Part shown: positions 23,341 through 32,973 of the stretch, piece after piece
Numbering within the stretch: position 1 is the first letter of the stretch
How the letters are laid out: the number at the start of each line of letters is the position of its first letter
Assembly (NCBI GenBank): GCA_019243005.1
Contig: JAFAUY010000332.1
Coordinates: 1-46,559 of the forward strand
Source of the DNA: Verrucomicrobiota bacterium
GTDB lineage: Bacteria; Verrucomicrobiota; Verrucomicrobiia; Chthoniobacterales; JAFAMB01
Direction of reading: 5' to 3'
Length of the DNA stretch: 46,559 bases
Program-made: the position numbers and the translations under genes
The notes under the pieces: model-generated
Database searches by the model: none
What the model was told of the DNA's origin: nothing
The model's input: only the letters and a program-made list of their open reading frames with translations

Positions 23341-24399
23341 ATGATGATCCCATCGCCTGACCCGAACGCGCCCGAGTTTACACGCCGTTGCGTTAACCTC
23401 GCCGACCCGCGGTTGGGCGCCTGTGCGGTCGTGGCCAGCGACGAGTTCTTTGCCCCCAAAGACCGGATGCTGAATCCTGATCCACCCATCTTTATTCCGG
23501 GCAAGTACGACGATCACGGCAAATGGATGGATGGCTGGGAGACTCGGCGCAGACGAGAGCCGGGACACGATTGGTGCATCATCAAGCTCGCGCGGCCGGG
23601 AGCCATCCAGGGGGTTGAACTCGACACGACCCATTTCACCGGAAACTACCCGCCTGCCGCCTCAATCGATGCGTGCCGCCTGGATGACGGCGACCCCGAC
23701 GCGACGACCGAATGGGTGGAAGTGGTTTCCCCGACGACGTTGCAAGGTAACCGCCATCACTACGTGGAGGTCGACTCCAGCCGTGCGTTCTCGCACGTGC
23801 GGGTTAACCTTTACCCGGATGGCGGGCTCGCCCGGCTGCGCGTGTACGGTCAGCCGCGGGCCAGTTGGCACGGGGCCGGGGAAAACGTGCTGGCCGACCT
23901 GGCCGCCATGGTTAATGGCGCTTACGTCGTGGCCGCCAACGACCAGCATTTTGGGCTTGCCTCGTCTTTGTTATTGCCCGGCCGCGGAGTTAACATGGGC
24001 GACGGCTGGGAAACACGTCGCCGCCGCGAACCGGGTAACGACTGGTGCATCATCGCCTTGGCGCGCCCGGGAGTTATCCACGGAGTTGAGGTGGACACAG
24101 CCCACTTCAAAGGTAACTACCCTGACCGTTGCTCTCTGCAGGCGGCGACCGTAACGGCAGGGACTGACCGTTCGATCGTCACGCAAGCGATGTTCTGGCC
24201 GGTATTATTGCCCGAGCTGAAGTTGCAGATGGACCGGCAGCACCATTTTGAAGCCGAAGTCGTGCCGCTCGGGGTCGTGACTCACGTGCGTTTCAATATT
24301 TTTCCCGACGGAGGCGTGTCACGGCTGAGACTCTGGGGGCTGGTCGAGTCAACGAACGATCCCCAGCTCAAGCCATGGGCTTCTTCCCTTGCTCTGTGA
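23341..24399 (+). CDS. alc: Allantoicase (two tandem allantoicase repeats)
   Basis: Repeat 1: [46 protein letters not shown]. Repeat 2: [46 protein letters not shown]. Confidence 0.9.
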   Translation: MMIPSPDPNAPEFTRRCVNLADPRLGACAVVASDEFFAPKDRMLNPDPPIFIPGKYDDHGKWMDGWETRRRREPGHDWCIIKLARPGAIQGVELDTTHFTGNYPPAASIDACRLDDGDPDATTEWVEVVSPTTLQGNRHHYVEVDSSRAFSHVRVNLYPDGGLARLRVYGQPRASWHGAGENVLADLAAMVNGAYVVAANDQHFGLASSLLLPGRGVNMGDGWETRRRREPGNDWCIIALARPGVIHGVEVDTAHFKGNYPDRCSLQAATVTAGTDRSIVTQAMFWPVLLPELKLQMDRQHHFEAEVVPLGVVTHVRFNIFPDGGVSRLRLWGLVESTNDPQLKPWASSLAL

Positions 24400-24905
24400 A
24401 GGTGCTGACGGTCAGACTCCTGACGCGCGAAGCGTTCGCCCCGTTCGGCGACGTGATCGACCTCGACGGTGCGCAGCATTTTCCCATCAACGAAGGAACC
24501 ACGGAACGCTACCATGACCTTGCCAACGTCGACGTGTGCGACCAAGGGGGCCGGCCGTTGATCAACGTTTTTCGTGGCCGGCCGCGCCGATTACCCTTTG
24601 AGGTAAAGATGGTGGAGCGGCATCCCCTCGGCAGCCAGGCATTTATTCCCTTGGACCAACGGCCGTATGCGGTGATCGTTGCACAAGGAGCTGAACCCCA
24701 CCCGGACGGGCTGAGGGCGTTCATCACGCGGGGATGGCAGGGCGTCAATTACGCAAAAGGCGTCTGGCACCACCCGCTCATCGCGCTGGAAGCCGTAAGC
24801 GATTTTGTGGTGGTGGATCGGGGTGGGGAAGGGCACAATTTGCAAGAACAGGTTTTGTCACAACCGGTGTGGCTGACTCAGGAAGCGTTATCCGCAGCCC
24901 AATGA
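24396..24905 (+). CDS. allA: Ureidoglycolate lyase
   Basis: [15 protein letters not shown]...[19 protein letters not shown]...FRGRP...[14 protein letters not shown]. The GTG start at 24396 overlaps the alc stop (gtga); the track's ATG at 24375 is an alternative. Confidence 0.88.
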   Translation: MKVLTVRLLTREAFAPFGDVIDLDGAQHFPINEGTTERYHDLANVDVCDQGGRPLINVFRGRPRRLPFEVKMVERHPLGSQAFIPLDQRPYAVIVAQGAEPHPDGLRAFITRGWQGVNYAKGVWHHPLIALEAVSDFVVVDRGGEGHNLQEQVLSQPVWLTQEALSAAQ

Positions 24906-24942
24906 TAAAGCGTGATCTGAATCGAAACCGGATTCTCCTGCC

Positions 24943-25839
24943 GTGAGCACCAATCACCTTCCGGATAACGATACCCCGGCCGGGCCCAACGGTCCGCAAT
25001 GGATCGAAGAGTTGCGCCTTGCGGTCGGCCGAGGCGAGCCTTGCGCTCTGGCCACCGTGGCAACCACCAAAGGATCCGTCCCGCGCCGGCCCGGTGCCAA
25101 GATGATCGTGGTCGCCGGCGGCTCGGCCCGCGGGACGATCGGTGGAGGAAAATTTGAAGCGCTCGTCATCGAGGATTGCCTGGCCGCGCTGGAAACGGGA
25201 AAAGTGCAACTCAAATCCTACACGTTGCGAGAAGGCACCCCCGAGTCGTTCGGCGCCATCTGCGGCGGCGAGGTAACCGTCCTGATCGAACCGTTCCTGC
25301 CGGCTGCCACGCTGTATTTGTTTGGCGCCGGACATTGCAGTCAGGCACTCGCCCCGCTCGCTCGTGCGTGTGGTTTCAAGGTGGTCGTGCTGGAGGACCG
25401 GGCCGAATACCTCAAAGCCTTTTCACCAGCCGGTGCCCAGGTGCTTACGCAGCCGGTCCGGGATTTTCTGGACGGGCAGAGTTTTCGGCCTTCAGACGCG
25501 GTGGTCCTGGTAAACCGGAACTACCTCATGGACCAGGAAACGTTGCACGCGCTGCTGACTCACCCCGTGGCCGGCGTTCAATTGGGCTACATCGGGATGA
25601 TCGGCAGCGAGCGCAAAGTGGCGCGCGTGTACGACGAACTTCTCAAACGAGGCGTTCCGGCTGAAACGCTCCGGCGGGTGCACGCACCCATCGGGTTGGA
25701 CATCGGTGCGGACTCACCGGCGGAAATCGCGGTCAGCGTCCTGGGTGAGATCCTGGCGGTGTTACGCGGGCGGCCGGGTGGCCCCCTGGCAAGCCAGCGG
25801 CAGCTACCGCCATCGACGACGCGCAACGACCGGCCCTGA
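24943..25839 (+). CDS. xdhC: XdhC-family xanthine dehydrogenase maturation (Moco insertion) protein
   Basis: ALATVATTKGSVPRRPGAKMIVVAGGSARGTIGGGKFEALV ... LYLFGAGHCSQALAPLARACGFKVVVLEDR ... GMIGSERKV ... APIGLDIGADSPAEIAVSVLGEILAV. GTG start. Confidence 0.85.
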   Translation: MSTNHLPDNDTPAGPNGPQWIEELRLAVGRGEPCALATVATTKGSVPRRPGAKMIVVAGGSARGTIGGGKFEALVIEDCLAALETGKVQLKSYTLREGTPESFGAICGGEVTVLIEPFLPAATLYLFGAGHCSQALAPLARACGFKVVVLEDRAEYLKAFSPAGAQVLTQPVRDFLDGQSFRPSDAVVLVNRNYLMDQETLHALLTHPVAGVQLGYIGMIGSERKVARVYDELLKRGVPAETLRRVHAPIGLDIGADSPAEIAVSVLGEILAVLRGRPGGPLASQRQLPPSTTRNDRP

Positions 25840-25899
25840 ATTTTTCGAACGGGACCGTAAGGCCCCGGCCTTCAGGGCTAGGCGTTACCCGCGGCTGGT

Positions 25900-28800
25900 T
25901 CACCGGATCGCCGTGTTAATTGCAGGTGCAGGCAGCCAGCCTTCGTCGCCGTTCCCGTTTGCTTGCCTCAGGTCGATGCGGTTGGCTCCGGTCCGTACCG
26001 CCTGGACCGCCCAGTAGATCGCTTCCGCGGTCGCAGGAAGCGGAAGGTCAACGCGGCTCACCGGGCCACCAAAGGATGCGACCGCGTCGCGGATCGCTTC
26101 ACGAACCGAGAGCGCGAGCATCAGCGGCGGTTCACCGACCGCTTTGCTCCCGTAGACGTTTCCGGGTTGCGCCGCATCGCTCAGGAACGTCACCCGGAAA
26201 TCGGCCGGCGTGTCGCTGAACGCGGGAATCTTGTAGCTGTCCGGCGAATGCGTTTGCAGGCGACCCTGCTCATCCCACACCAACTCCTCCGTGGTCAACC
26301 ATCCCATTCCTTGAACAAATCCGCCTTCGATCTGGCCCAGGTTCACCGCCGGGTTAATGGAACTGCCGACGTCATGCAAAATGTCCACCCGCCGGACCTG
26401 GTGCACGCCCGTCCTTCCATCGACCTCGACTTCACTGACCGCGGCGCCGACTGCGTAATAATGAAAGGGCTTGCCGCGTCCTTCAGCACGATTCCAATGG
26501 ATGCCGGGCGTGCGGTAGTGACCGGTCGCAGAGAGGCTGACCCGCTCCAGGTAGGCCCGGTGCACCACTTCGGGAAACGACACGGCGAGGGTGCAGTCGT
26601 CCCGATGCCGGAACACATCCCCGGACACTTCAAGGCTGGCCGGCGCCACCGGCCGGCCGCCGCGTTCGGTCAGGATCGTTACGGCGACTTCCGCCAGCCG
26701 TAAACGCAGTTCCGCGCAAGCGTTCCGCACGGCGGCTCCGTTCAGGTCCGTGCCGGAACTTGCCGCGGTTGCAGAGGTGTTGGGAACTTTATCGGTGCTC
26801 GTCGACATCACCCGGATCCGCCCGGGGGTGATCCCCAGTTCTCGCGCCGCGATGGCCAGAATATTCGTGTGAATGCCTTGTCCCATTTCGGTGCCGCCGT
26901 GATTAACCTGGACGCTGCCGTCCTGGTAGATCACCACCAGTGCCCCGGCTTGATTGCAGTGGGTAACGGTGAAAGCAATGCCGAACTTTACCGGGGTAAT
27001 GGCCAGCCCGCGCTTGCGATCAGCCTTTTTCCGGTTCCAATCGGCCAGGGCCCGGCGTCGCTCGGCGAAGTCGCTGGAAGCCAATAGCTCGCACCAAACC
27101 CGTTCGATCCGGTGGTCCTCGATCACCTGGCCGTAGTGGGTCGTCATGCTTGCGCCCTCGCCGTGGTACAGGTTGCGTTCGCGGACCACTTCCGGTGCCA
27201 GCCCGGCGGCACGCGCCACCCGGTCCATCACCTCCTCGATGACGGCCATTCCTTGCGGGCCGCCGAAACCGCGAAACGCGGTGTTGGAGGCGACGTTGGT
27301 CCGCGCGACCCGGCCACTGAACTCCACGTTCGGCAGGTAGTAGGCGTTGTCGAGGTGGAACAGCGCGCGGTCGGTCACCGCCGCCGAGAGGTCCAACGAC
27401 CACCCGCCGTTCGAGACCAACGCGATTCGCGCCGCCAGCGCCTTGCCCTGGTCATCGAAACCGACGTCGAACCTGGCCAGAAACGGGTGCCGTTTGCCGG
27501 TGATCATCATGTCCTGATCACGGTTGAAACGCATCCGGACGGCGCGGCCCAGTACGCCCGCCGCAACCGCTGCGAGTCCGGCGGTGATCACGCCCTGCGT
27601 TTCCTTACCGCCGAATCCTCCGCCCATGCGGGGACATTCGACGATGACCGAATTTGCGGCCACGTTGAGCAGCCTGGCCACTACCAACTGAACCTCACTG
27701 GGGTGCTGCGTGGACGACACGATCTTGATCGTGTTGCCTTCGCCCGGTTCGGCGTAAGCGGCGTGGGTCTCCAGGTAAAAATGGTCCTGGCCACCTAACT
27801 CAAATTCGCCGGAAAATCGTCGCGGTGCAGCCGCCAGGGCTTCGGCCGCGTCGCCGCGGCGCATGTAGTTAGGCTCCGTGTGAAACGATCCGGCCGCGAT
27901 CGCTTCCTGCAGGCTCAAAACCGGCGGCAAAGGCTCGTATTCGATTCCGACAAGCAGCGCAGCCTCGCGACAACGCTCCAAAGACTCGCCGACCACCAGC
28001 GCGACGATTTGGCCGTGGTAATACACTTCGCCGGCCGCCAGCAACGGTTCATCGTGCCGGAGCATGCCCACGTCGTTTTGGCCGGGTACGTCCTCGGCGA
28101 AAAGTACGGCCGCGATTCCCGGCGCCCGGCGCGCGGCGGTTCCGTCTTTGTGCAGGATGCGCGCCCGCGCATAAGGCGCGCAGACCGGCCACACGTCCAG
28201 GGCGCGCCGTTTCGCGGCCAGATCATCGACGTACTGCGCTTGTCCGGTAACATGTTTAGCGCCGCTCTCGTGCGGCCACGCGCCGGCAAACCGGGGCGAC
28301 GGCACGGTTGGCCACCGGTTGCCGAGTAACTCGGCGACGGGGGCGGCGCCGGTTTCGGCGTCGGCGAGAAAACGGCCAAATAATTCCAAAACCAGCGCGG
28401 CACGATATCCGGCGCTACCGCGCACATCGGAAATGGGTTGGTACGCTTTGGCCAGCCAGGGCCGTATTTCCGCTTCCAGGTCCGTCGAGAAGGTCTTGCC
28501 TGCCAATACCCGTTCAACTTCTTCAGCGCGCCGCGGCAGCGGGGCAACGCCGCCGTAAGCCACTCGCGCCGCCTCGATCCGGCCCTCGGGGCCCAACACC
28601 AGGGTGAAACCCGCGGCCACCGTGCTGATCGCCATCTCGCGCCGGCGCGCCACCTTATAAAACCGGGTGATCTGCCGGTGGCAGTCGTCGCCTTGCATCA
28701 GCCCCTTTGGGATGATCACCTGGCGCAGCACCTCCCCAGGCCGGAGCGCGTTGCGGCGGTAGCCGAGAAAAAACTCCCGCAACGGCAACAGCCGCTCTCC

Positions 28801-29787
28801 GGCCCCCGAAGCGAGCAGCACGGCCGCATCGACTGCCAGCAGCACGGGGGCGCAATCGCCGATGGGCGACGCCGTGCAGAGGTTACCGCCCAGGGTCGCG
28901 CGGTTGCGGATCTGGCGTGAACCGAACTGATCAAGCATTTCTTCAAATGCACCGAAGCGCCCCGCGAGGTATTCGCCAATTTCGGTCAAGGTAAGCGCCG
29001 CGCCGAGCTTCCAGCAACGCTCGTCCTCGGAGGCTTCGCGTAGTGCCGGGATGCCTTCAACCGAGATCAAGACCGGAAAACGCTCGTAATATTTGGTCAG
29101 ACGTAACCCAAGCTCAGTGGCGCCCGCCAGGATTCGTGCGTGCGGATGTTCAGCAAGAAGGCCGAACAGTTCCGGCAGGCTGGCCGGACGATAGAAATGT
29201 TCCTCTCCGGAAACGTACCGCACTGCCGTCGGGAACACGAGGCCAGGCGTCCGAAAATCGCGTTTGACCGCCGCGGGGGAACCGGAAGCCAACGCCTGCA
29301 ACGCGGCATCCCGAATCGACCGGTAGCCCGTGCAACGGCAAAGATTCCCGCAGAGTTGGCTCGCCAGCTTTGCTTCGGAATCGAGGTCACATCGCAAAAA
29401 GGCTTCCAGCATGGACATCACGATTCCCGGGGTACAGTAACCGCACTGTGAGGCGTGCTGGTCTATCATGGCCTGCTGAACGGGATGCAGACATTTCTCT
29501 CCGGCCTTGATTCCCTCTACCGTCAGGATCGCACGGCCGATCATGGCCGCGACCGGGACAAGGCAACTGTTGATGGCGCGATATCGCGCCTGCCCGGATG
29601 CATCCTGCTCAATAACCACCACCGAGCACGCCCCGCAGTCGCCTTCCGCACAACCTTCCTTTGCGCCGAGAAGATGTTTCAGGCGCAGGTATTGAAGCAA
29701 GGTGAGGTTCGGAGAAACTCCGGAAATCACGTGCGGTTCGCCGTTCAGCTCGAACCCTTGCTGCCCTAAAGCCGTCACCGTTTGCAC
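25900..29787 (-). CDS. xdh: Xanthine dehydrogenase with XdhA (2Fe-2S + FAD) and XdhB (molybdopterin) parts fused in one 1295-aa polypeptide
   Basis: 2Fe-2S blocks GCAEGDCGACSV and CGYCTPGIVMS...CRCTGYRSI. FAD block ILAGATELGL...RNRATLGGNL. Linker around aa 476-505. XdhB-like part: HESGAKHVTGQAQYVDDL ... GGGFGGKE ... HGGTEMGQG ... VGEPPL. Confidence 0.9.
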   Translation of the reverse strand: MQTVTALGQQGFELNGEPHVISGVSPNLTLLQYLRLKHLLGAKEGCAEGDCGACSVVVIEQDASGQARYRAINSCLVPVAAMIGRAILTVEGIKAGEKCLHPVQQAMIDQHASQCGYCTPGIVMSMLEAFLRCDLDSEAKLASQLCGNLCRCTGYRSIRDAALQALASGSPAAVKRDFRTPGLVFPTAVRYVSGEEHFYRPASLPELFGLLAEHPHARILAGATELGLRLTKYYERFPVLISVEGIPALREASEDERCWKLGAALTLTEIGEYLAGRFGAFEEMLDQFGSRQIRNRATLGGNLCTASPIGDCAPVLLAVDAAVLLASGAGERLLPLREFFLGYRRNALRPGEVLRQVIIPKGLMQGDDCHRQITRFYKVARRREMAISTVAAGFTLVLGPEGRIEAARVAYGGVAPLPRRAEEVERVLAGKTFSTDLEAEIRPWLAKAYQPISDVRGSAGYRAALVLELFGRFLADAETGAAPVAELLGNRWPTVPSPRFAGAWPHESGAKHVTGQAQYVDDLAAKRRALDVWPVCAPYARARILHKDGTAARRAPGIAAVLFAEDVPGQNDVGMLRHDEPLLAAGEVYYHGQIVALVVGESLERCREAALLVGIEYEPLPPVLSLQEAIAAGSFHTEPNYMRRGDAAEALAAAPRRFSGEFELGGQDHFYLETHAAYAEPGEGNTIKIVSSTQHPSEVQLVVARLLNVAANSVIVECPRMGGGFGGKETQGVITAGLAAVAAGVLGRAVRMRFNRDQDMMITGKRHPFLARFDVGFDDQGKALAARIALVSNGGWSLDLSAAVTDRALFHLDNAYYLPNVEFSGRVARTNVASNTAFRGFGGPQGMAVIEEVMDRVARAAGLAPEVVRERNLYHGEGASMTTHYGQVIEDHRIERVWCELLASSDFAERRRALADWNRKKADRKRGLAITPVKFGIAFTVTHCNQAGALVVIYQDGSVQVNHGGTEMGQGIHTNILAIAARELGITPGRIRVMSTSTDKVPNTSATAASSGTDLNGAAVRNACAELRLRLAEVAVTILTERGGRPVAPASLEVSGDVFRHRDDCTLAVSFPEVVHRAYLERVSLSATGHYRTPGIHWNRAEGRGKPFHYYAVGAAVSEVEVDGRTGVHQVRRVDILHDVGSSINPAVNLGQIEGGFVQGMGWLTTEELVWDEQGRLQTHSPDSYKIPAFSDTPADFRVTFLSDAAQPGNVYGSKAVGEPPLMLALSVREAIRDAVASFGGPVSRVDLPLPATAEAIYWAVQAVRTGANRIDLRQANGNGDEGWLPAPAINTAIR

Positions 29788-30045
29788 GGGAAGAAATCAT
29801 GCGCTCAGCTTCGGTTCCGCGCAAACAGTTTGCTGATTTGATCATCGCGGCCCATAAGGGGGCAGGACCTTCGGCCCCTTTTTGCCGGGCCGTTCGGCCG
29901 AACGGGTCGTGCGCCACGCGGCCTGCTCCGTCGTGGCGGCTCGCCACCCACCCAACGAACGAACGGACGCCGGTGGCTTAGCGCGAAGGCCGGCCGGCGG
30001 ACGGCCGGCAATTGAAACACCAGGCTGAACCGTCTAGCTTCCTGC

Positions 30046-30831
30046 GTGATTTGGGCCCGCGAGCTTACCAAGAACTTCGGCGCAATTTCTGCCGTCCAGG
30101 GTATTTCGTTTGAAGTCGCCAAAGGCGAGATCTTCGCTTTCCTCGGACCTAACGGAGCCGGCAAAACGACCACGATCAAGATGTTGACCACCCTGCTTAA
30201 ACCTTCCTCCGGCAGGGTGGAACTGGATGGGCTCGATCCTGCGACCCAGCAACAAGAAACGCGCAAACGTTTCGGTATCGTCTTTCAGGACTCCAGCATC
30301 GATGACGAGCTGACTGCCTACGAAAACATGGATTTCCACGGCGTCCTTTATAAAGTTCCGAAACGAATCCGCGCCGCACGCATCGAGGAACTCTTGAAGC
30401 TCTTTGAGCTGTGGGATCGCCGCGATCATCAAGTCAAACATTTTTCGGGCGGGATGCGGCGCCGCCTCGAGATTGCGCGCGGCTTTCTTCACACCCCCAA
30501 GATTCTGTTTCTCGATGAGCCGACGCTGGGCCTTGATCCTCAAACGCGCAACCAACTCTGGACCCATGTGAAAAGATTAAATGAAACGGAAAACGTCACC
30601 GTCTTTTTGACGACGCACTACATGGAGGAAGCGGAACGGGTGGCGCACCGAATCGCCATTATGGATCACGGCCGTATCGTCGCTCAAGGTTCTTCAGAAG
30701 AACTGAAACGCCAGACCGGTACCGATTCCCTTGAAGAGGCGTTTCTCGCATTGACCGGCACCTCCATCCGCGAGGAAGAGGGCGGTTCAATCGTTCGAAT
30801 GCGACGGATGGTAAAACTATTCAGACGGTAG
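30046..30831 (+). CDS. ABC transporter ATP-binding protein (ABC-2/DrrA-like exporter type)
   Basis: Walker A: LGPNGAGKTTTIKML. Signature: FSGGMRRRLEIARG. Walker B: ILFLDEPTLGLD. H-loop: FLTTHYMEEA. GTG start. Confidence 0.9.
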   Translation: MIWARELTKNFGAISAVQGISFEVAKGEIFAFLGPNGAGKTTTIKMLTTLLKPSSGRVELDGLDPATQQQETRKRFGIVFQDSSIDDELTAYENMDFHGVLYKVPKRIRAARIEELLKLFELWDRRDHQVKHFSGGMRRRLEIARGFLHTPKILFLDEPTLGLDPQTRNQLWTHVKRLNETENVTVFLTTHYMEEAERVAHRIAIMDHGRIVAQGSSEELKRQTGTDSLEEAFLALTGTSIREEEGGSIVRMRRMVKLFRR

Positions 30832-30835
30832 GTTG

Positions 30836-30935
30836 ATTGACCCGCGCATCGAAAACGCGGCATCACCTCTGAAAATAACGGCTCTGGAAGCGCTGCCGCG
30901 CGGCGCCATGTTGCATTTTCAATGCGCGGGTCAAT
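30836..30935 (+). repeat. 20-nt inverted repeat (19/20) bracketing a 60-nt spacer between the ABC ATPase and permease genes
   Basis: attgacccgcgcatcgaaaa (30836-30855) versus the reverse complement of ttttcaatgcgcgggtcaat (30916-30935). The right arm ends 15 nt before the permease ATG. Confidence 0.8.
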
Positions 30936-30950
30936 AATCGACACATTTGC

Positions 30951-31697
30951 ATGAATGCCGTCTATATCCTCTGGCTGCGACAGTTGAAGCGATACACCCG
31001 TTCCAGAGCCCGCGTTACCGCATCCCTGGCGCAACCATTGCTTTTTCTGTTCGCCCTCGGGTTCGGGCTGGGACCAACTTTTCAAAAAGCTGGGCACGGT
31101 AATTATATCCAGTTCATCTCCCCCGGCGTCATCGGGATGACCGTTTTATTCAATTCCATGTTCTCCGGGATTGAGTTGATTTGGGATCGGCAATTCGGCT
31201 TTCTTAAAGAGACGCTCGTCGCCCCGGTGTCACGTCTCTCCATCATGATTGGACGCACGCTGGGCGGGGCCACCACCGCCCTGATTCAGGGTGTGATCAT
31301 CATGGGAGTCTGCACCGTGGCCGGCTTTCGAGTCCAAAACCTGAGTCTATTGCCGGTCGCGTTCTTGTTCATGGCACTGATTGCCACAACCTTTACGGCG
31401 CTCGGAACCGGGATCGCCTCCCTTCTAACTGATTTTCAGGGTTTTCAGCTGGTCATGAATCTGGTTGTCATGCCCGCTTTTTTCTTATCGGGTGCACTAT
31501 TTCCGCTGGGTGAGGCACCGGCGCCGATTCAGTTCATCGCCAGCTTCGATCCGCTCTCCTTCGGCGTAGACGGATTGCGAACGGCCTTGATCGGCGTGGC
31601 GCATTTTGGGATTCCGACCGATCTGGGCGTGCTTGCGACGTTTACCACGTTATTTCTTGGCTTCGGCGGTTATCTCTTCTCAAGAATTCAGCTCTAA
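30951..31697 (+). CDS. ABC-2 type transporter permease
   Basis: Six predicted hydrophobic spans. YILWLRQLKRYTRSRARVTASLAQPLLFLFALGFG and LVAPVSRLSIMIGRTLGG are typical of ABC-2 permeases. It directly follows the ATPase gene. Confidence 0.85.
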   Translation: MNAVYILWLRQLKRYTRSRARVTASLAQPLLFLFALGFGLGPTFQKAGHGNYIQFISPGVIGMTVLFNSMFSGIELIWDRQFGFLKETLVAPVSRLSIMIGRTLGGATTALIQGVIIMGVCTVAGFRVQNLSLLPVAFLFMALIATTFTALGTGIASLLTDFQGFQLVMNLVVMPAFFLSGALFPLGEAPAPIQFIASFDPLSFGVDGLRTALIGVAHFGIPTDLGVLATFTTLFLGFGGYLFSRIQL

Positions 31698-31749
31698 AAA
31701 AGTGCGTACCAGGCAGACCATCGGCTGGCGTTTGCACCGGGGATTCGAA

Positions 31750-32832
31750 TCACTCCAGGTGAGGCTGCCAGACTTGGCTGGCGCTGGCCAGCACCTTGCC
31801 GCTTCGGGCGGCCTCTTCAATGACCATCGCCAGGTAATGGTCTTGCGAGCCCTCGGCTAAACTGTAAAAGGATTTCCCGGTCTCAAGGTAGCGCCCCATC
31901 CGGTCAAGACAGGTAGCAACCGCAACCTCGTCGTCGGACAAGCGCGCCGGGATGAAGGGGTTTTGATACCACCACGTCTCCCCTGCGGTGTACCCCTTGT
32001 GGTAATAGCCCTCCAGATTCCCGGTCTGCCCCGCATCCTGTCGCTCGAAGCGAACGCGGATGGGCGTTTGAAAATCTTTTAGGTAACTCGCCTCAAGGTC
32101 GTTGAGTTCGCCTCGGTCCCCGCGAACCAGCAAACGGTTGGATCGAATCCAGGAAAAGTATTGGTCCGGCGTAAAATCAAACACGGCCCGCTTGCCGTTA
32201 AACTGCAGGTAGGCGATGACCTGGTGAGATTCTTTCCTGCGCTCCTGCAATGGTGGACCGGAACGATCCGGGCCCGCGATTAACGATGAATCAAATTCCG
32301 AGGCCCGGATGACGGCATCCTCGAAGCCGACGTTCAGAAACCGCCGGATCAGGGCCATGCCGTGATAACCGTGTGCGATGGAGACCTGAACCTGGGTGAT
32401 GTCACCCAGTCTGCCCGAACGAGCGAAGGCCAGACGGGCGGCGTGCAAGGGCACGAGTGGGTACTGTTCGGCAACCTGAATCCGGGCGTTGGTGGGAAGC
32501 TCTTTCCACATCTGATTCAAGGCCGCGAGATCCGCCGCGGGCGGCGTCTCGGCCAGCACCGGCATGTTTTTGGATGCCAGTTCGACCAGCAATGGGCCGG
32601 AAACAGCCCGGGGCACGGAAGTGACTACAAATTGCGGTTGCTCATCCAAGAGGGCGTCCAGGGTCTCGAAAACCGGAATCTTCCATTCGGCTTTGACCCG
32701 AGCCCGGGTTGCTTCCGTTTTGGTCACGCATCCGGCAATCCGGAACCGGTCCGGCAGCGCTCGAGCCACGCGAAAGAAAAACTCAGCCCGCCAGGCACCG
32801 CCGATGACACCGAATGTGATTGCTTTGGCCAT
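31750..32832 (-). CDS. Gfo/Idh/MocA family oxidoreductase
   Basis: N-terminal Rossmann block MAKAITFGVIGGAWRAEFFFRVA ... FVVTSVPR ... MPVLAETPP. Confidence 0.8.
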   Translation of the reverse strand: MAKAITFGVIGGAWRAEFFFRVARALPDRFRIAGCVTKTEATRARVKAEWKIPVFETLDALLDEQPQFVVTSVPRAVSGPLLVELASKNMPVLAETPPAADLAALNQMWKELPTNARIQVAEQYPLVPLHAARLAFARSGRLGDITQVQVSIAHGYHGMALIRRFLNVGFEDAVIRASEFDSSLIAGPDRSGPPLQERRKESHQVIAYLQFNGKRAVFDFTPDQYFSWIRSNRLLVRGDRGELNDLEASYLKDFQTPIRVRFERQDAGQTGNLEGYYHKGYTAGETWWYQNPFIPARLSDDEVAVATCLDRMGRYLETGKSFYSLAEGSQDHYLAMVIEEAARSGKVLASASQVWQPHLE

Positions 32833-32973
32833 GAGCGATTGGTTCGGTTTCCCGTGCCGGATGGGCCCTTCGCCTTTTGAAGGGCTCGGCCGCCAACCTA
32901 AACCATATAAAGGCTGTGATCCCGATCGACGTGGTGACCCCCAAGAGGCCGCTGAGCAGTTTTGGGTTGAAAC

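Noticed and set aside
23530-24130. Internal DNA/protein duplication in the allantoicase gene as a novel repeat
   Set aside because: The two-repeat architecture is the normal, well-known structure of allantoicase.
31735-31770. ggattcgaatc, resembling the reverse complement of a tRNA T-loop
   Set aside because: The flanking bases cannot form a T-stem or acceptor stem, and the site lies at the 3' end of the Gfo/Idh/MocA gene.
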